DNA from: an uncultured Candidatus Binatia bacterium
Lineage (GTDB): Bacteria; Desulfobacterota; Binatia; Bin18
Direction of reading: 5' to 3'
Assembly: GCA_965242605.1 (NCBI GenBank)
Contig: CBDESS010000004.1
Coordinates: 5,835 to 69,834, forward strand
Length of the DNA: 64,000 nucleotides
In this document: piece by piece, positions 17,349-27,311 of the stretch
Layout: each line of letters starts with the position of its first letter
Position numbering within the stretch: position 1 is the stretch's first letter
The notes under the pieces: model-generated
What the model saw: only the letters and a program-made list of their open reading frames with translations
Told to the model about the DNA's origin: nothing
The model's database searches: none
Program-made: the position numbers and the translations under genes

Positions 17349-18752
17349 ATGAAATTCGTATTCAAACACCTCGGCCCTATCCACAACGCCGAACTGGAGC
17401 TCGGCGACCTGACCATCCTCGCCGGCCGCAACAACACCGGCAAGACCTATATGGCCTATACGCTGTACGGGTTTCTTAAATTATGGAGACACGGATCTGA
17501 GTTCTGGCGAATTATTCATAGCTTGACCGAAGAATCTCTCTTACCGGACTTCAGAGAGAAAAAAACGCGGCTCAAAACATTCATAGAGGAGGGACAGGTG
17601 AAATGGCGCGTAGACCGGGAGACGCTTCATTCGCAGCAGAAATCAATTATGCAAAAAGTGTCGCAGTCCTTCTCAAAAGAAGAACTGGCGAACATGTTTA
17701 GCGCTTCGGATGAGGATTTCGAGAGCGCGTCCATCGGGGTCGTGGTCAAAGACCAGTTTTCCGACCATACGTCCAAAACTCTTGAATTGTCTCATGGGGA
17801 CGAGCTCACAATCACATATAGCGGCGGTGAAATATGTATCTCCAGAAACGAACCGCTCAAGAAGCTTCCATCTAGTTCCGCTATCGGGTTCTCGCTCACA
17901 TATCTTTATCTCTCATTTCTTTTTCCAGAAATTCTTAGCCTCAGCCCCCTTATCCTCTCCGCGGAACGTTTCAGCATATCCCTTTTTTACAAGGAGCTGG
18001 ACTTCACAAAGAATCGCTTAGTAGAGATGCTTCAAGAGAACAGAAAAAAAGACTTCCCCCTTTCGCGCGTGATGATCGACAGGGTAGCGAGTCGGTACGC
18101 TCTGCCCATCAGGGACAACATTGACTACACCAGGAATATTCCTGAGCTTCAAAAGCGACGAAGTAAACTCTATGACTCGAAATTGTTTGAGGACATCAAG
18201 GATATGCTCGGAGGATACTACAGGAGCTCAGACGATGATATCCGGTTCATCTCAAAGGCTCGGAAAAAAAGACGTTTTGATATCCCCCTCCATATCGCTT
18301 CGTCTTCGGCCCGTGGCTTGTCCGACCTGTATTTCTTCCTGCGACATGTCGCCGAAAAGAATCAACTCCTCATCATTGACGAGCCGGAAAGTCATCTGGA
18401 CACGGCCAATCAGATTCAGTTCGCGCGTCTGCTGGCACGAGCCGTCCACGCCGGGCTGAAAGTCCTGATTACCACCCACAGCGACTACATCGTCAAGGAA
18501 ATCAACAACCTGCTCATGCTGAGCAGGGATTTCAAAGACAAACCCGAGGTACTCAAAAAATACGGCTACTCAGAGCACGACTTCCTGAATCCCGCTTCGG
18601 TCCGGGCCTATGTGGCGGAAAACAACAGCCTGACACGGTGTACGGTTGACCCCTTCGGCATTGACATGCCGGTCTTTGACATAACCATTGATGCGATCAA
18701 CCGTGTTACCAGGGAACTTGAGATCCGGCTGACGCACGAAGAAGAAGAGTGA
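17349..18752 (+). CDS. ABC-type/AAA_21-like (OLD/PtuA/AriA/RloA-like) ATPase, 467 aa
   Basis: Walker A GRNNTGKTY, Walker B/D-loop LLIIDEPESHLD, H-loop TTHSDY. GC drops to ~45% from ~17460. RBS GGAGA upstream of the ATG. Confidence 0.85.
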   Translation: MKFVFKHLGPIHNAELELGDLTILAGRNNTGKTYMAYTLYGFLKLWRHGSEFWRIIHSLTEESLLPDFREKKTRLKTFIEEGQVKWRVDRETLHSQQKSIMQKVSQSFSKEELANMFSASDEDFESASIGVVVKDQFSDHTSKTLELSHGDELTITYSGGEICISRNEPLKKLPSSSAIGFSLTYLYLSFLFPEILSLSPLILSAERFSISLFYKELDFTKNRLVEMLQENRKKDFPLSRVMIDRVASRYALPIRDNIDYTRNIPELQKRRSKLYDSKLFEDIKDMLGGYYRSSDDDIRFISKARKKRRFDIPLHIASSSARGLSDLYFFLRHVAEKNQLLIIDEPESHLDTANQIQFARLLARAVHAGLKVLITTHSDYIVKEINNLLMLSRDFKDKPEVLKKYGYSEHDFLNPASVRAYVAENNSLTRCTVDPFGIDMPVFDITIDAINRVTRELEIRLTHEEEE

Positions 18753-18753
18753 A

Positions 18754-19230
18754 GTGGAGTTGATCTCTCAATTGAAGGCCATCCTGAAGCCAGAATTAAT
18801 TCAAGAAGCAGAGTCAGATGATCCCTTCATCCTTGAGGAGTCTCCTAAAAACCAAGAAGGCACAAGGGTTGAGCTTCACGGTGTTTCAGCGCCTTTCCTG
18901 GCTGTGTGCGTGAAGAAGCTCAATCACCTGTCAGCTTTGCAGCAAGGCGCGTGGCGACAAATCTGTGACTATCTACTGATTGGGCAATCAGATGGCAACG
19001 ATTATGCTGTTTTTGTCGAGTTGAAGAAGACGCTGCGAGAAGACGAAAAGCCCCGGGAGCAGCTCAGACGCTCGCTGCCGCTTTTGGAATACCTGCTTTC
19101 TGTATGCGCGGTTGAGTACAGCAGCGGAAAATCCAACCTGACAATACGCTATGTCCATATTGCCGAACGATTGAACACCAGGTTTGCCAAGCAGGGAGGG
19201 AAAATTGAAATGACGCTATTGAAGCCGGGC
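18754..19230 (+). CDS. Small PD-(D/E)xK- or Toprim-like putative nuclease partner of the ATPase (RloB/AriB-like role). The 3' end is uncertain: the ORF reads on to 19491 into high-GC sequence.
   Basis: GTG start 1 nt after the ATPase TGA. Motifs ILEESPKNQEG … GQSDGNDYAVFVELKK (D…ExK / DxxD). Low GC continues to ~19215. No in-frame stop at the GC transition, so the gene may be 3'-disrupted. Confidence 0.5.
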
Positions 19231-20640
19231 TGGTCAAAACGCTTCGCGTGGTCGTGCGGGACGACGCCCTGGCCAACGCCCAGAGCTACACAAGCAAGCT
19301 CTACCACCTCTACAATGAAGCCGAGGTCAAAGAGGTCCTCAACCGCAGGGCCGAGCCGCACGAACCCCTGCCGGACCTGGTTCAGAAAGCCTATGCCCTG
19401 CTGGCCTACGACTGGCGGGAGACCGCCCGGCAATGGACCATTGAAAGCGCGGCCCGGGTGGAGCGCTTTTTTACAGCCGGAGACTGCTTGATCCCCGAAA
19501 CCCGCCAGCCCGACCGTACCCTGCAGGTAGACTCCCGGGTGCTGGAGAAAGCCGAACGGGGCGAATCTGCCGCAGCCAACAAGGACTACGCCCAACGCCG
19601 GCGCGCCGTTCTCATGGCCGCCGGTCCGGAGACGACAAGCGCGAAGCGCTGCTCAGGGCCAGCTAGGAAGAGCAACTGCGCAGCCTGGTCGATACAGTCG
19701 GCAAACGCGGTCAGGCCGGCCAGCGCCTCCAGAATGTGATCTCGGTCGCCATGCTGTCAGAGGGCTGGGACGCGGCCAATGTGACCCACATCATGGGCCG
19801 GCGGGCCTTTACCAGCCAGTTGTTATGCGAGCAGGTCATTGGCCGAGGGCTGCGCCGGGTGTCCTGTGAGGTGGACAAGGAAGGCCGCTTCCTGCCCGAA
19901 TATGTCAATATCTTTGGCATACCGCTGTCCATCTTCCAGGAGCTCGGCCAAGGTGGGGACGCCCCGCCACCACCCAAGCCCAGCGTACAGGGCGAGGTCG
20001 TGCCGGGCCGCAATCAGTTCAAGATCCGCTGGCCAAATGTGGCCCGAGTCGAAACAGCGCCGCGGCCAAGCCTGCTCCAAGCCTGCTTATGGACTGGGAG
20101 ACGGTAGAGCCGCTGACCCTGGACCCCATGCAGACGCCTATCTCGGCTGAACTCGTCCCGGCGCTGGCCGGCCAGACCGACCTGTCTGAAGTCAGCGCCA
20201 TTGAGTTGGAACGCGAGGTCGGGGAGCTTCAACTGAAAATCTGCTCTTCCGGGCCGCCGGCAAGCTGTATGTGCAGAGCGCCGACGCCTGCTCGGGCAAC
20301 TGCCAATACTTGGCAGTACAGATGTTGTCTTTGCCTCGGCACATATCCGGGATGTGGTCATGGGGCATGCGTCATTGCGGATCAGACAGAGAGATGCTCC
20401 ATGAACACGGCTCAACAAAAGATGCCGCTGAGCTTGCAGAACTTCCCGGCCTCAGTCCCGCCGACGGGGCTGAAGTCCAACTCCGTAGCGACCCGAACGA
20501 CGTAATCATTGAGGCCGGACACAAATCACCCATCAGCAGATCGCAAAACTGGCCCGCACCTCCCGACCACGGGTCACGGCGATTCTCAGCCGCAACACAA
20601 AGGACGCATCCACCGACCTGATGATCCGCGCATCATGGCC
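19209..20640 (+). pseudogene. Type III R-M Res (SF2 helicase-nuclease) C-terminal remnant, multiply frameshifted
   Basis: Helicase motif V …AMLSEGWDAANVT and motif VI QVIGRGLRRV. Coding continuity requires switching between the ORF frames 19248..19739, 19736..20107 and 20089..20505. No N-terminal helicase motifs I-III are present. Confidence 0.55.
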
Positions 20641-20648
20641 ACTTGAGG

Positions 20649-21545
20649 CTATCGGGCCACGCTGACGTTCTCAGCCGCAGCCTCTTCCTGAATGTCAAGC
20701 GTTGTCACCCGGCGCAGTTCGCGGGGGTATGTGGTGTCCTCAAAGGGCCGGGCGCGGTGCATGGTGGCCCGGTTGTCGTAGACGACCAGGTCGCCGACCC
20801 GCCACCTGTGCCGATAGACAAAGGCCGGCTGGGTGGCGTGCTCAATCAGCTCCAGCAGCAGCAGCCGGCCTTCGGGCAGCGGCCAGTCCATGATCTGCGA
20901 GGCGTGGGCGGCAATGTAGAGCGACTTGCGCCCTGAGCCTGGCAGGGTCCGAACCAGGGGGTGGACCGCGCCCCTCAGCATCTCCTGCTCTTGTGGCGAG
21001 AACGCAAAGCCCAGGACTTGGCGCGAGTGGGCGATTGAATGGTGGGCCCGCAGGCCCTCCAGCCGGGCTTTCAGCTCGGGTGAGAGGGCGTCGTAGGCCG
21101 CCCGCATATCGGCATATTCGGTATCGGCCCCGACCGGCGGGATGACCCGGGCGAACAGCATGGAATAGCGCCCGGGCGGGTCCTGGAAGGAGGCGTCGGT
21201 GTGCCACAGCCGGTTGCCCAGACCGTACATGCGCCGGCGGTCGTCGGCCGGCTGAATCTGACCGTCGTCGGTCAGGTTTGAGACATCGGCCAGAGCCTCG
21301 TTGCCGAAGCGGTTCTTTTTGAGGGCGCTGATGCCGGTCTTAGTGTGCAGCTCGCCGTCCAGCCGACGGGCAAAGGCCAGGTGCTCCTCATCGCTGAAGC
21401 GCTGGCCCCGGAAGACCAGCAGCGCGTATGCGTCCATGCCGGCCCGGAGTTCGGCCAGAGTTTGCCGGTCGTGAACCCGGCGGAGATCAAGCCCGGCCAC
21501 CTCAGCGGCAAAATGGGGGTGCAGTTTCCGAAATGTTACAGCCAT
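20649..21545 (-). CDS. TauD/TfdA family Fe(II)/2-oxoglutarate-dependent dioxygenase
   Basis: 298 aa. WHTDASF…HR motifs typical of TauD/TfdA. Confidence 0.85.
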   Translation of the reverse strand: MAVTFRKLHPHFAAEVAGLDLRRVHDRQTLAELRAGMDAYALLVFRGQRFSDEEHLAFARRLDGELHTKTGISALKKNRFGNEALADVSNLTDDGQIQPADDRRRMYGLGNRLWHTDASFQDPPGRYSMLFARVIPPVGADTEYADMRAAYDALSPELKARLEGLRAHHSIAHSRQVLGFAFSPQEQEMLRGAVHPLVRTLPGSGRKSLYIAAHASQIMDWPLPEGRLLLLELIEHATQPAFVYRHRWRVGDLVVYDNRATMHRARPFEDTTYPRELRRVTTLDIQEEAAAENVSVAR

Positions 21546-21703
21546 GCCGGCCCCTCCTTGTCATGCGGCCCGCTCAGGATGACAGAAACCTACGGTTTTC
21601 CAGGCCCGGGGTCAACGAAGACGGCTGCCGATTCTGACGGGCATAGCCCCGCCCGGCCTGAACCGCTATGCTCTGCTGTCAAAAGACTATACAGGAGGTC
21701 GGT

Positions 21704-22579
21704 ATGGATATCGGAAAAGTTGGCATCTGGTTTTTTCTGGACAGCATGAGCGCACCGGACAGCGCGGCCTTTGCCCAATCGGTCGAAAAAGCCGGCTATA
21801 AGACGCTGTGGATTCCTGAGGCGGTCGGGCGTGAGCCGTTTGCCCACACCGCCTATCTGCTGAGCAACACGGAAACCCTCAACCTGGCCACTGGGATTGC
21901 CAATATCTGGGCGCGGGACGCCTATACGATGGCCACGGCCACCAACACCGTCGCCGAGCTGTCGGGCGGCCGCTTTGTGCTGGGCATTGGCGTCAGCCAT
22001 AAACCGCTGGTCTCCAACCTGCGCGGCCACAGCTACGACAAGCCCTACAGCTATATGAAGGACTACCTGCCCAAACTCAAGGATGTCTTCTATCAGGCCC
22101 CCAAGCCGCCTGAGCCGGCCCCGATCCTCATCGCCGCCCTGCACCCCAAGATGCTGGCCCTGTCCGCGGAGCAGGCCCAGGGCACGCATACCTATTTTGT
22201 GCCGCCCGAGCATACGGCCAAGGTCCGGGCCCAGATTGGTCCCGAGCCGTGGATCTGCGCCGCCCAGGCCGTTATTCTGGAAACAGACGCGACCAAGGCA
22301 CGGGCTGCCGCCCGGCACTACATGAAGACCTATGTCCCCCGGCTGCCCAATTACACCAGGAACCTGAAAAATCTGGGCTGGCCGGACGAAGCCTTTGAAG
22401 ACGGCTGTAGCGACGCCCTCGTCGATGCCATTGTCGCCTGGGGGAGCGAGGAAAAAGTCCAGGATCGCATTGACGCCCATCTCAAAGCCGGCGCGACCCA
22501 TGTGTGCCTGCTGCCGATTCGAGCTAACGACGAAGCCCTGCCCGACCCGCGCGTTGTTGAAGCCTTCGCCCAGCGCTAA
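21704..22579 (+). CDS. LLM-class (luciferase-like) F420/flavin-dependent oxidoreductase
   Basis: MDIGKVGIWF… LLM fold. AGGAGG RBS 7 nt upstream of ATG 21704. The ORF track start 21668 is an upstream in-frame extension. Confidence 0.8.
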   Translation: MDIGKVGIWFFLDSMSAPDSAAFAQSVEKAGYKTLWIPEAVGREPFAHTAYLLSNTETLNLATGIANIWARDAYTMATATNTVAELSGGRFVLGIGVSHKPLVSNLRGHSYDKPYSYMKDYLPKLKDVFYQAPKPPEPAPILIAALHPKMLALSAEQAQGTHTYFVPPEHTAKVRAQIGPEPWICAAQAVILETDATKARAAARHYMKTYVPRLPNYTRNLKNLGWPDEAFEDGCSDALVDAIVAWGSEEKVQDRIDAHLKAGATHVCLLPIRANDEALPDPRVVEAFAQR

Positions 22580-22913
22580 ACGCGGCCAGATGGACCAGGA
22601 ACAGAGAAAGTTTACGCCAGGAGGTGTTTAGGATTCAGCCACAGACACAGGGGGGCAAGCAAGGCTGTCATACGACCTGCTGATCGGCAATGGGGTGGAG
22701 CCGCAGAACGGCTCGGCGTAGATATCGACCGGGCCGGGATGCTGCCATATCTCTGGCGAACTTATAGAAAACCGGGAAATTAATTGTCATGTTTTCCGGG
22801 GAAAGCCAGCGACAACCCTCCGCACAATCACCCCAACTCCAAACAGCCCAGCCCGTCATGAGTCCGGGCCAGACGTGTTTTTCCGGGACTGACAGGCCGC
22901 CGGCCGCCGAACC

Positions 22914-24026
22914 TCAGTCCAAGCCGTAGACGCTGGCCGCGGTGTCACGGACGATCTTGCGCAGATCGTCTGCCGGCAGACTGCCCAGCCGCTTGGTAAC
23001 AATCTCGTGCGAACGGGGAAAGGTGGCCGCGGTGTGGGGATAGTCTGATGACCACATGGTGTTGTCCGGCCCATAGCGGTGCAGCGAATCAACGAACACC
23101 GGGTCGGCAATAAAGGTGGCGTAGACCTGACGCTTGATATACTCGCTGGCCCGCATGGGTAGCTTCATATTGCCCAGCGAACCCAGGCGATGCTGGACCG
23201 TATCGAGCCGGTACATGAAATACGGCATCCAGCCGACATCATTCTCAGCCGAGACAATTTTCAGCTTGGGGAACTTCTCCAGCACCCCGCCGTATACCAG
23301 TACCGAAATTGAGCGCTCAATCTGGTGGTGCAGAGTCGCCAGCGACAGCAGAAAGGCGTTGCCGCCGGCCGGGTTCGCCCCGGTCCCGCTCCGGGCGGTC
23401 AGAATATGCAGCGACAGCGGCATGTTCAGGTCCTGGGCGGCGGCCCAGAATGGCTCATAATCGGGGTGGCTGTAGGGACGGTCATCGGGCGGCTCGGCCC
23501 AGACCATCGCCCCCCGCATGCCCAGCTTGGCGATACGCTGGAGTTCGGCCACCGCCGAAGGAATATCCTCAAGGGTGATCAGCCCCAGCGGAATCAGCCG
23601 CTTCAGGTCATAGCTGCAATACTCAGTGGCCCAGTCGTTAAACGCCTTGAAGCACGAGAGGCGCAGCTCGGCATCGTCTAGCCCGAACAGCGGCATGCCC
23701 ATTGAGGTGTAGATCACCTCGGCGTCCACGCCGTCGCGGTCCTGGTCAGCAATCCGGTAGGCCGGGTCCCAGACGCTCTTGGGGGCTTGGTCAAAGCCCT
23801 TCTTGTTGTGCTCCTTGAGTTCACCCGAGGGTACGCCGGCACCAAAGAAGCCGGCCACCGACATAGGGGTGATGTTCTCACACACAAACCACTCGCCCTG
23901 ACGGCCGCCTAACCCGACGACCGTCTTGGGAGCACGGTCACGAAACTTCTGGTCTATGCGCTCGGCCCACATGGTGGGCGGCTCAACAAAATGCGAATCT
24001 GCCGAGATCAGCTTATAGTCTGCCAT
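22914..24026 (-). CDS. Amidohydrolase family 2 (PF04909, ACMSD-like metal-dependent hydrolase), ~370 aa
   Basis: MADYKLISADSHFVEPP… The rest of the listed 885-aa ORF is an antisense shadow of the MlrC-like gene. Confidence 0.8.
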   Translation of the reverse strand: MADYKLISADSHFVEPPTMWAERIDQKFRDRAPKTVVGLGGRQGEWFVCENITPMSVAGFFGAGVPSGELKEHNKKGFDQAPKSVWDPAYRIADQDRDGVDAEVIYTSMGMPLFGLDDAELRLSCFKAFNDWATEYCSYDLKRLIPLGLITLEDIPSAVAELQRIAKLGMRGAMVWAEPPDDRPYSHPDYEPFWAAAQDLNMPLSLHILTARSGTGANPAGGNAFLLSLATLHHQIERSISVLVYGGVLEKFPKLKIVSAENDVGWMPYFMYRLDTVQHRLGSLGNMKLPMRASEYIKRQVYATFIADPVFVDSLHRYGPDNTMWSSDYPHTAATFPRSHEIVTKRLGSLPADDLRKIVRDTAASVYGLD

Positions 24027-24170
24027 ACTGCATTCCTCCTCAAAGTGTGTGTGCTGCTCCCTCTTGTACGCCACCTCAGCACGGTTTTCCAGGGCGGGCG
24101 CGTCTTCCCCGGCGCGCTTGGCGTGTGGTATAGCACACCAGAGGAACACGACACAGAGGAGGATAGGGTC

Positions 24171-25634
24171 ATGCGTGTTGCGGTCGGCGGCTACCTGCTT
24201 GCGGTCAATACCTTTGTTGAGCAGCGAATGGGTCTGGAGTTGTTTCAAAAATCGGTCGTGAGCGGGGATGCCTTGCTCAGTGCGGGGAGCGGGGACAGCG
24301 CCATCTATGGCTTTCTGGAAGGTGCCCGGGCTCGGCAGTGGGAGGCTGTGCCGCTCCAGTTCATGTTTCCGGGCATTGGTGGCAAAGCCACCCGGGACGC
24401 CCACGAATGGACCAAAGACGCTTTTGTGCGCCAGCTGCGCCAGGCCGGCCCGGTTGACGGCGTCTTTATCCAACTCCACGGCACCGGAGCGGCCGAGCAT
24501 GTGGACGACTGTGAGGGCGACCTGCTTGCCGCCATACGCGAAACGGTCGGCGACAAGGTCGTGGTCATAGCTTCCTTGGACGGCCACGCCAATGTCACCC
24601 CGCTGATGGTTGAACAGACCGACATGCTGCTCGGCGTCAAGACCAACCCGCACTACGACTTTGTGCCGCTTGGCCGTAAGGCGGCCCAGGTGATGTCCGG
24701 GATGTTTGACGGCAGTCTGTCGCCGACCGCGGTCTGCGCCCAACCGGCCATGGCCCCGGCCCTGCAAAAGCTCTATATTGCGCCCGGCTGGCCGATGGAA
24801 CATCTGATGCGCCAGGCCCAAAATCTGGCCGCCAGCGACCCGCGCGTGCTTGACGTGTCGCTGCTGGAAGGCTTTTTCTGCTCGGAGATTCCGCACACCG
24901 GCATGAGCGTGGTGGTCACCACAGACGAGGAGCCAGACCTGGCCCGGGATATTGCCGAGCAGGTCAAAGAGGCGTGTTGGGCCAAACGGCAGTCCTTTCA
25001 CACCGACATGGTATCGGTGGAAGAGGCCGTCCGCGAGGCGATAGCGACCGAGGGCGGTCCGGCCATCCTGGGTGACCTGGCCGACAGCGGTGGGGCGGGT
25101 ACGCCAGGAGACGGCACAGCCATTCTGGCCGAGTTCATCAAGCAGGGCGCGACAGGCGCGGTGGTCGGCAATATCGCCGACGCCGAGGCCGTCCAAGCCG
25201 CTATACAGGCCGGTATTGGCAAGACCGTCAGCCTCAGCGTCGGCGGCAAGGCGGATCGGTTTCACGGCGACCCGGTCGAGATTAGCGGCCGGGTGCGCTC
25301 CATCCATGAAGGCATCTTTACCACCGGGACGGCCTTCATCTCCATGACCTTTCGCCGCGGCCCGACGGTGGTGGTTGATTGTGGCGGGATTGAGGTCATT
25401 CTGACCTCGCGGCCGGTGCTGGTGTTTGAACCCAACCACTTTCGTAGCCTGGGAATTGAGCCAACCGAGCGCAAAATTCTGGCCTGTAAAGCCGAGATGC
25501 AGCACCGGGCCGGCTTTGCCGACATCGCCGCCAAAATTATCGACGTGGATACGCCCGGTCTGGCCACACAAATCCTCTCACGCCTGCCGTATGCAAAGAT
25601 TCGGCGGCCGGTGTTCCCCCTTGACGATATCTAG
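24171..25634 (+). CDS. MlrC-like (M81 family, DUF1485/DUF1446) protein
   Basis: MRVAVGGYLLAVNTF… full-length MlrC-type sequence. GAGGAGGA RBS before ATG 24171. Confidence 0.8.
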   Translation: MRVAVGGYLLAVNTFVEQRMGLELFQKSVVSGDALLSAGSGDSAIYGFLEGARARQWEAVPLQFMFPGIGGKATRDAHEWTKDAFVRQLRQAGPVDGVFIQLHGTGAAEHVDDCEGDLLAAIRETVGDKVVVIASLDGHANVTPLMVEQTDMLLGVKTNPHYDFVPLGRKAAQVMSGMFDGSLSPTAVCAQPAMAPALQKLYIAPGWPMEHLMRQAQNLAASDPRVLDVSLLEGFFCSEIPHTGMSVVVTTDEEPDLARDIAEQVKEACWAKRQSFHTDMVSVEEAVREAIATEGGPAILGDLADSGGAGTPGDGTAILAEFIKQGATGAVVGNIADAEAVQAAIQAGIGKTVSLSVGGKADRFHGDPVEISGRVRSIHEGIFTTGTAFISMTFRRGPTVVVDCGGIEVILTSRPVLVFEPNHFRSLGIEPTERKILACKAEMQHRAGFADIAAKIIDVDTPGLATQILSRLPYAKIRRPVFPLDDI

Positions 25635-25640
25635 GCGGGG

Positions 25641-26192
25641 CTAAAAGCCTTTGACCCCCGTATCGAGCTGGACACCAAACGTGTTGAGGGCCATTGACAC
25701 CAGATTGTACTGCCCGACGGTGAACACCACATCCATCAACTGCTGGGTGTTATAGCGCTCGCTCAGGGCCGCCCAGGTGGTATCGCTGATCAGTGCCTCA
25801 GCGTGCAGTTCGTCCGCGGCACGCAGCAGGCTGGCGTCAAACGGGGCCCAGGCCGGGTCGTCGGGGCCGTGTTTGATCCGAGCGATCTCTTCATCGCTGA
25901 GGCCCGCTTGGCGGCCGAACCGCACATGCTGGCCCCACTCATACTCGGCCTGACACAGCCAGCCGATCCGCAGAATCAGCAGTTCCCGTTCGCGGGGCGC
26001 GAGGGTCTGGGTATCACCCATGACGTGAAAAGCCCACACATTGAACTTCTTGGCCGCCTCCCAGTGCCGGGCCAGGGTACCGATCACATTGTAGACAATC
26101 CCCTCTGTGTAGCGGGGCTCCAAGGTCTCTCGCTGCTCATCGGTCCACTCCGCTTCGGCTAAGGGATCGATACGGGGGTGTGACAGTTTCAT
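25641..26192 (-). CDS. Carboxymuconolactone decarboxylase (CMD/AhpD-like) family protein
   Basis: CMD-like helical protein. Probable start MKLSHPRIDPL at 26192 rather than 26264. Confidence 0.7.
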   Translation of the reverse strand: MKLSHPRIDPLAEAEWTDEQRETLEPRYTEGIVYNVIGTLARHWEAAKKFNVWAFHVMGDTQTLAPRERELLILRIGWLCQAEYEWGQHVRFGRQAGLSDEEIARIKHGPDDPAWAPFDASLLRAADELHAEALISDTTWAALSERYNTQQLMDVVFTVGQYNLVSMALNTFGVQLDTGVKGF

Positions 26193-26498
26193 ATGTCTCT
26201 CTCCTGTTCTCTGTCTCGGCCAACCGGGCCGAGACGGTCTTTGCCAATCCCGCCTCTTCGACATCGGCTGTCATAAAGAATGAACACATCGGCTGTGGTA
26301 CCGGTCCATGCCCTATTGTGGCGTGTTCCCGTATGTATTTGTCAATCCGGTCACACTCAAGACCGCACAGAGTCACAGGTGAAGCAATCGCTGGCCGAGC
26401 CAAGCGCGTGCTCCCGCCTCAGCCCTCTTTGGCTTGACAAGGCCCAAAGGCATACACTAGCCTTGCGTCAGACGAACGCCACCACAGGAGGGACTGCT

Positions 26499-27209
26499 AT
26501 GGGCTTACCAAACGGAGTGCATCATCTGGCTATTTGTACCAGGGACATGAAGTCCCAGATCGAATTTTTTACCCAAGTGCTCGGGATGGAGTTGGTCGCT
26601 CTGTACTGGATGCACGGTGTCAAAAATACCTGCCACGGCTTTGTGAAAATGAACGACAGCTCGTCCATCGCCTTTGTCCAGGGACCGGAGAGTGGCGAGA
26701 TTCAGCCCCAGGCGGGCGTCTCTCACCCCAGTTGGACTGCGGGTCTAGTCGCCCCAGGCGTCATGCAACACTTGGCCCTCAACGTTGACACCGAGGAAGA
26801 ACTGCTGGCCATGCGCGACCGGCTGCGCACCCACGCCTGTTGGGTGATGGGGCCGCTCAATCATGGTTTTTGCATGTCAATTTACTTTGCCGGACCCGAG
26901 GGTCTGATGCTAGAGGTCTCAACCTCAGAGGGTCAGGCGATTGACCAGGAAGCCTGGATTGATCCTGAAGTCGTCAGGCTGAACGACATCAGCACACAAG
27001 AGTTGGAACGCTACAAACATCCCCCGGCGTTCGAGTCACGCCGCGGCACGGTCCAAAATCCGGCGGTTGATCCCGACAACCCGCCCATGCGTTTCCCGTC
27101 GGGCCAGGAAGTCATCTACCGCATGTCTGATGAGGATGTCACCGCAAAGCTGAGCGAGACGACACCACCGGTTCAGCCCACGGCGGACCCGCAGGGTAAG
27201 GCTGCGTAG
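26499..27209 (+). CDS. VOC (glyoxalase/bleomycin-resistance/extradiol dioxygenase) family protein
   Basis: MGLPNGVHHLAICTRD… VOC fold. RBS CAGGAGGGA before ATG 26499. Confidence 0.7.
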   Translation: MGLPNGVHHLAICTRDMKSQIEFFTQVLGMELVALYWMHGVKNTCHGFVKMNDSSSIAFVQGPESGEIQPQAGVSHPSWTAGLVAPGVMQHLALNVDTEEELLAMRDRLRTHACWVMGPLNHGFCMSIYFAGPEGLMLEVSTSEGQAIDQEAWIDPEVVRLNDISTQELERYKHPPAFESRRGTVQNPAVDPDNPPMRFPSGQEVIYRMSDEDVTAKLSETTPPVQPTADPQGKAA

Positions 27210-27311
27210 CGCCATCTCCGAATCACTTGTCAATCACATTCTGGGACGAGCCTCGGGGGAAAAGCGAGCCGGGCGCGTGGAACCCCCTGCCTGTGCCCAG
27301 GAGAAAACGGC

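Noticed and set aside
20518-20640. HTH-like peptide QITHQQIAKLARTSRPRVTAILSR in a third frame at the end of the Res remnant
   Set aside because: No start codon. Preceded immediately by an in-frame stop. Most likely a chance or remnant segment rather than a gene.
16372-20648. Mobile element (IS/integrase) responsible for the islands
   Set aside because: No transposase, integrase, or terminal inverted repeats were recognised at any of the lower-GC island borders (17300, 19230, 48950, 51600, 59690, 60850). The islands look like recombination or replacement scars.
22914-25571. 885-aa minus-strand ORF
   Set aside because: Only the last ~370 aa (from MADYKLISADSHF at 24026) are a real amidohydrolase. 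The upstream part is the antisense shadow of the plus-strand MlrC-like gene.
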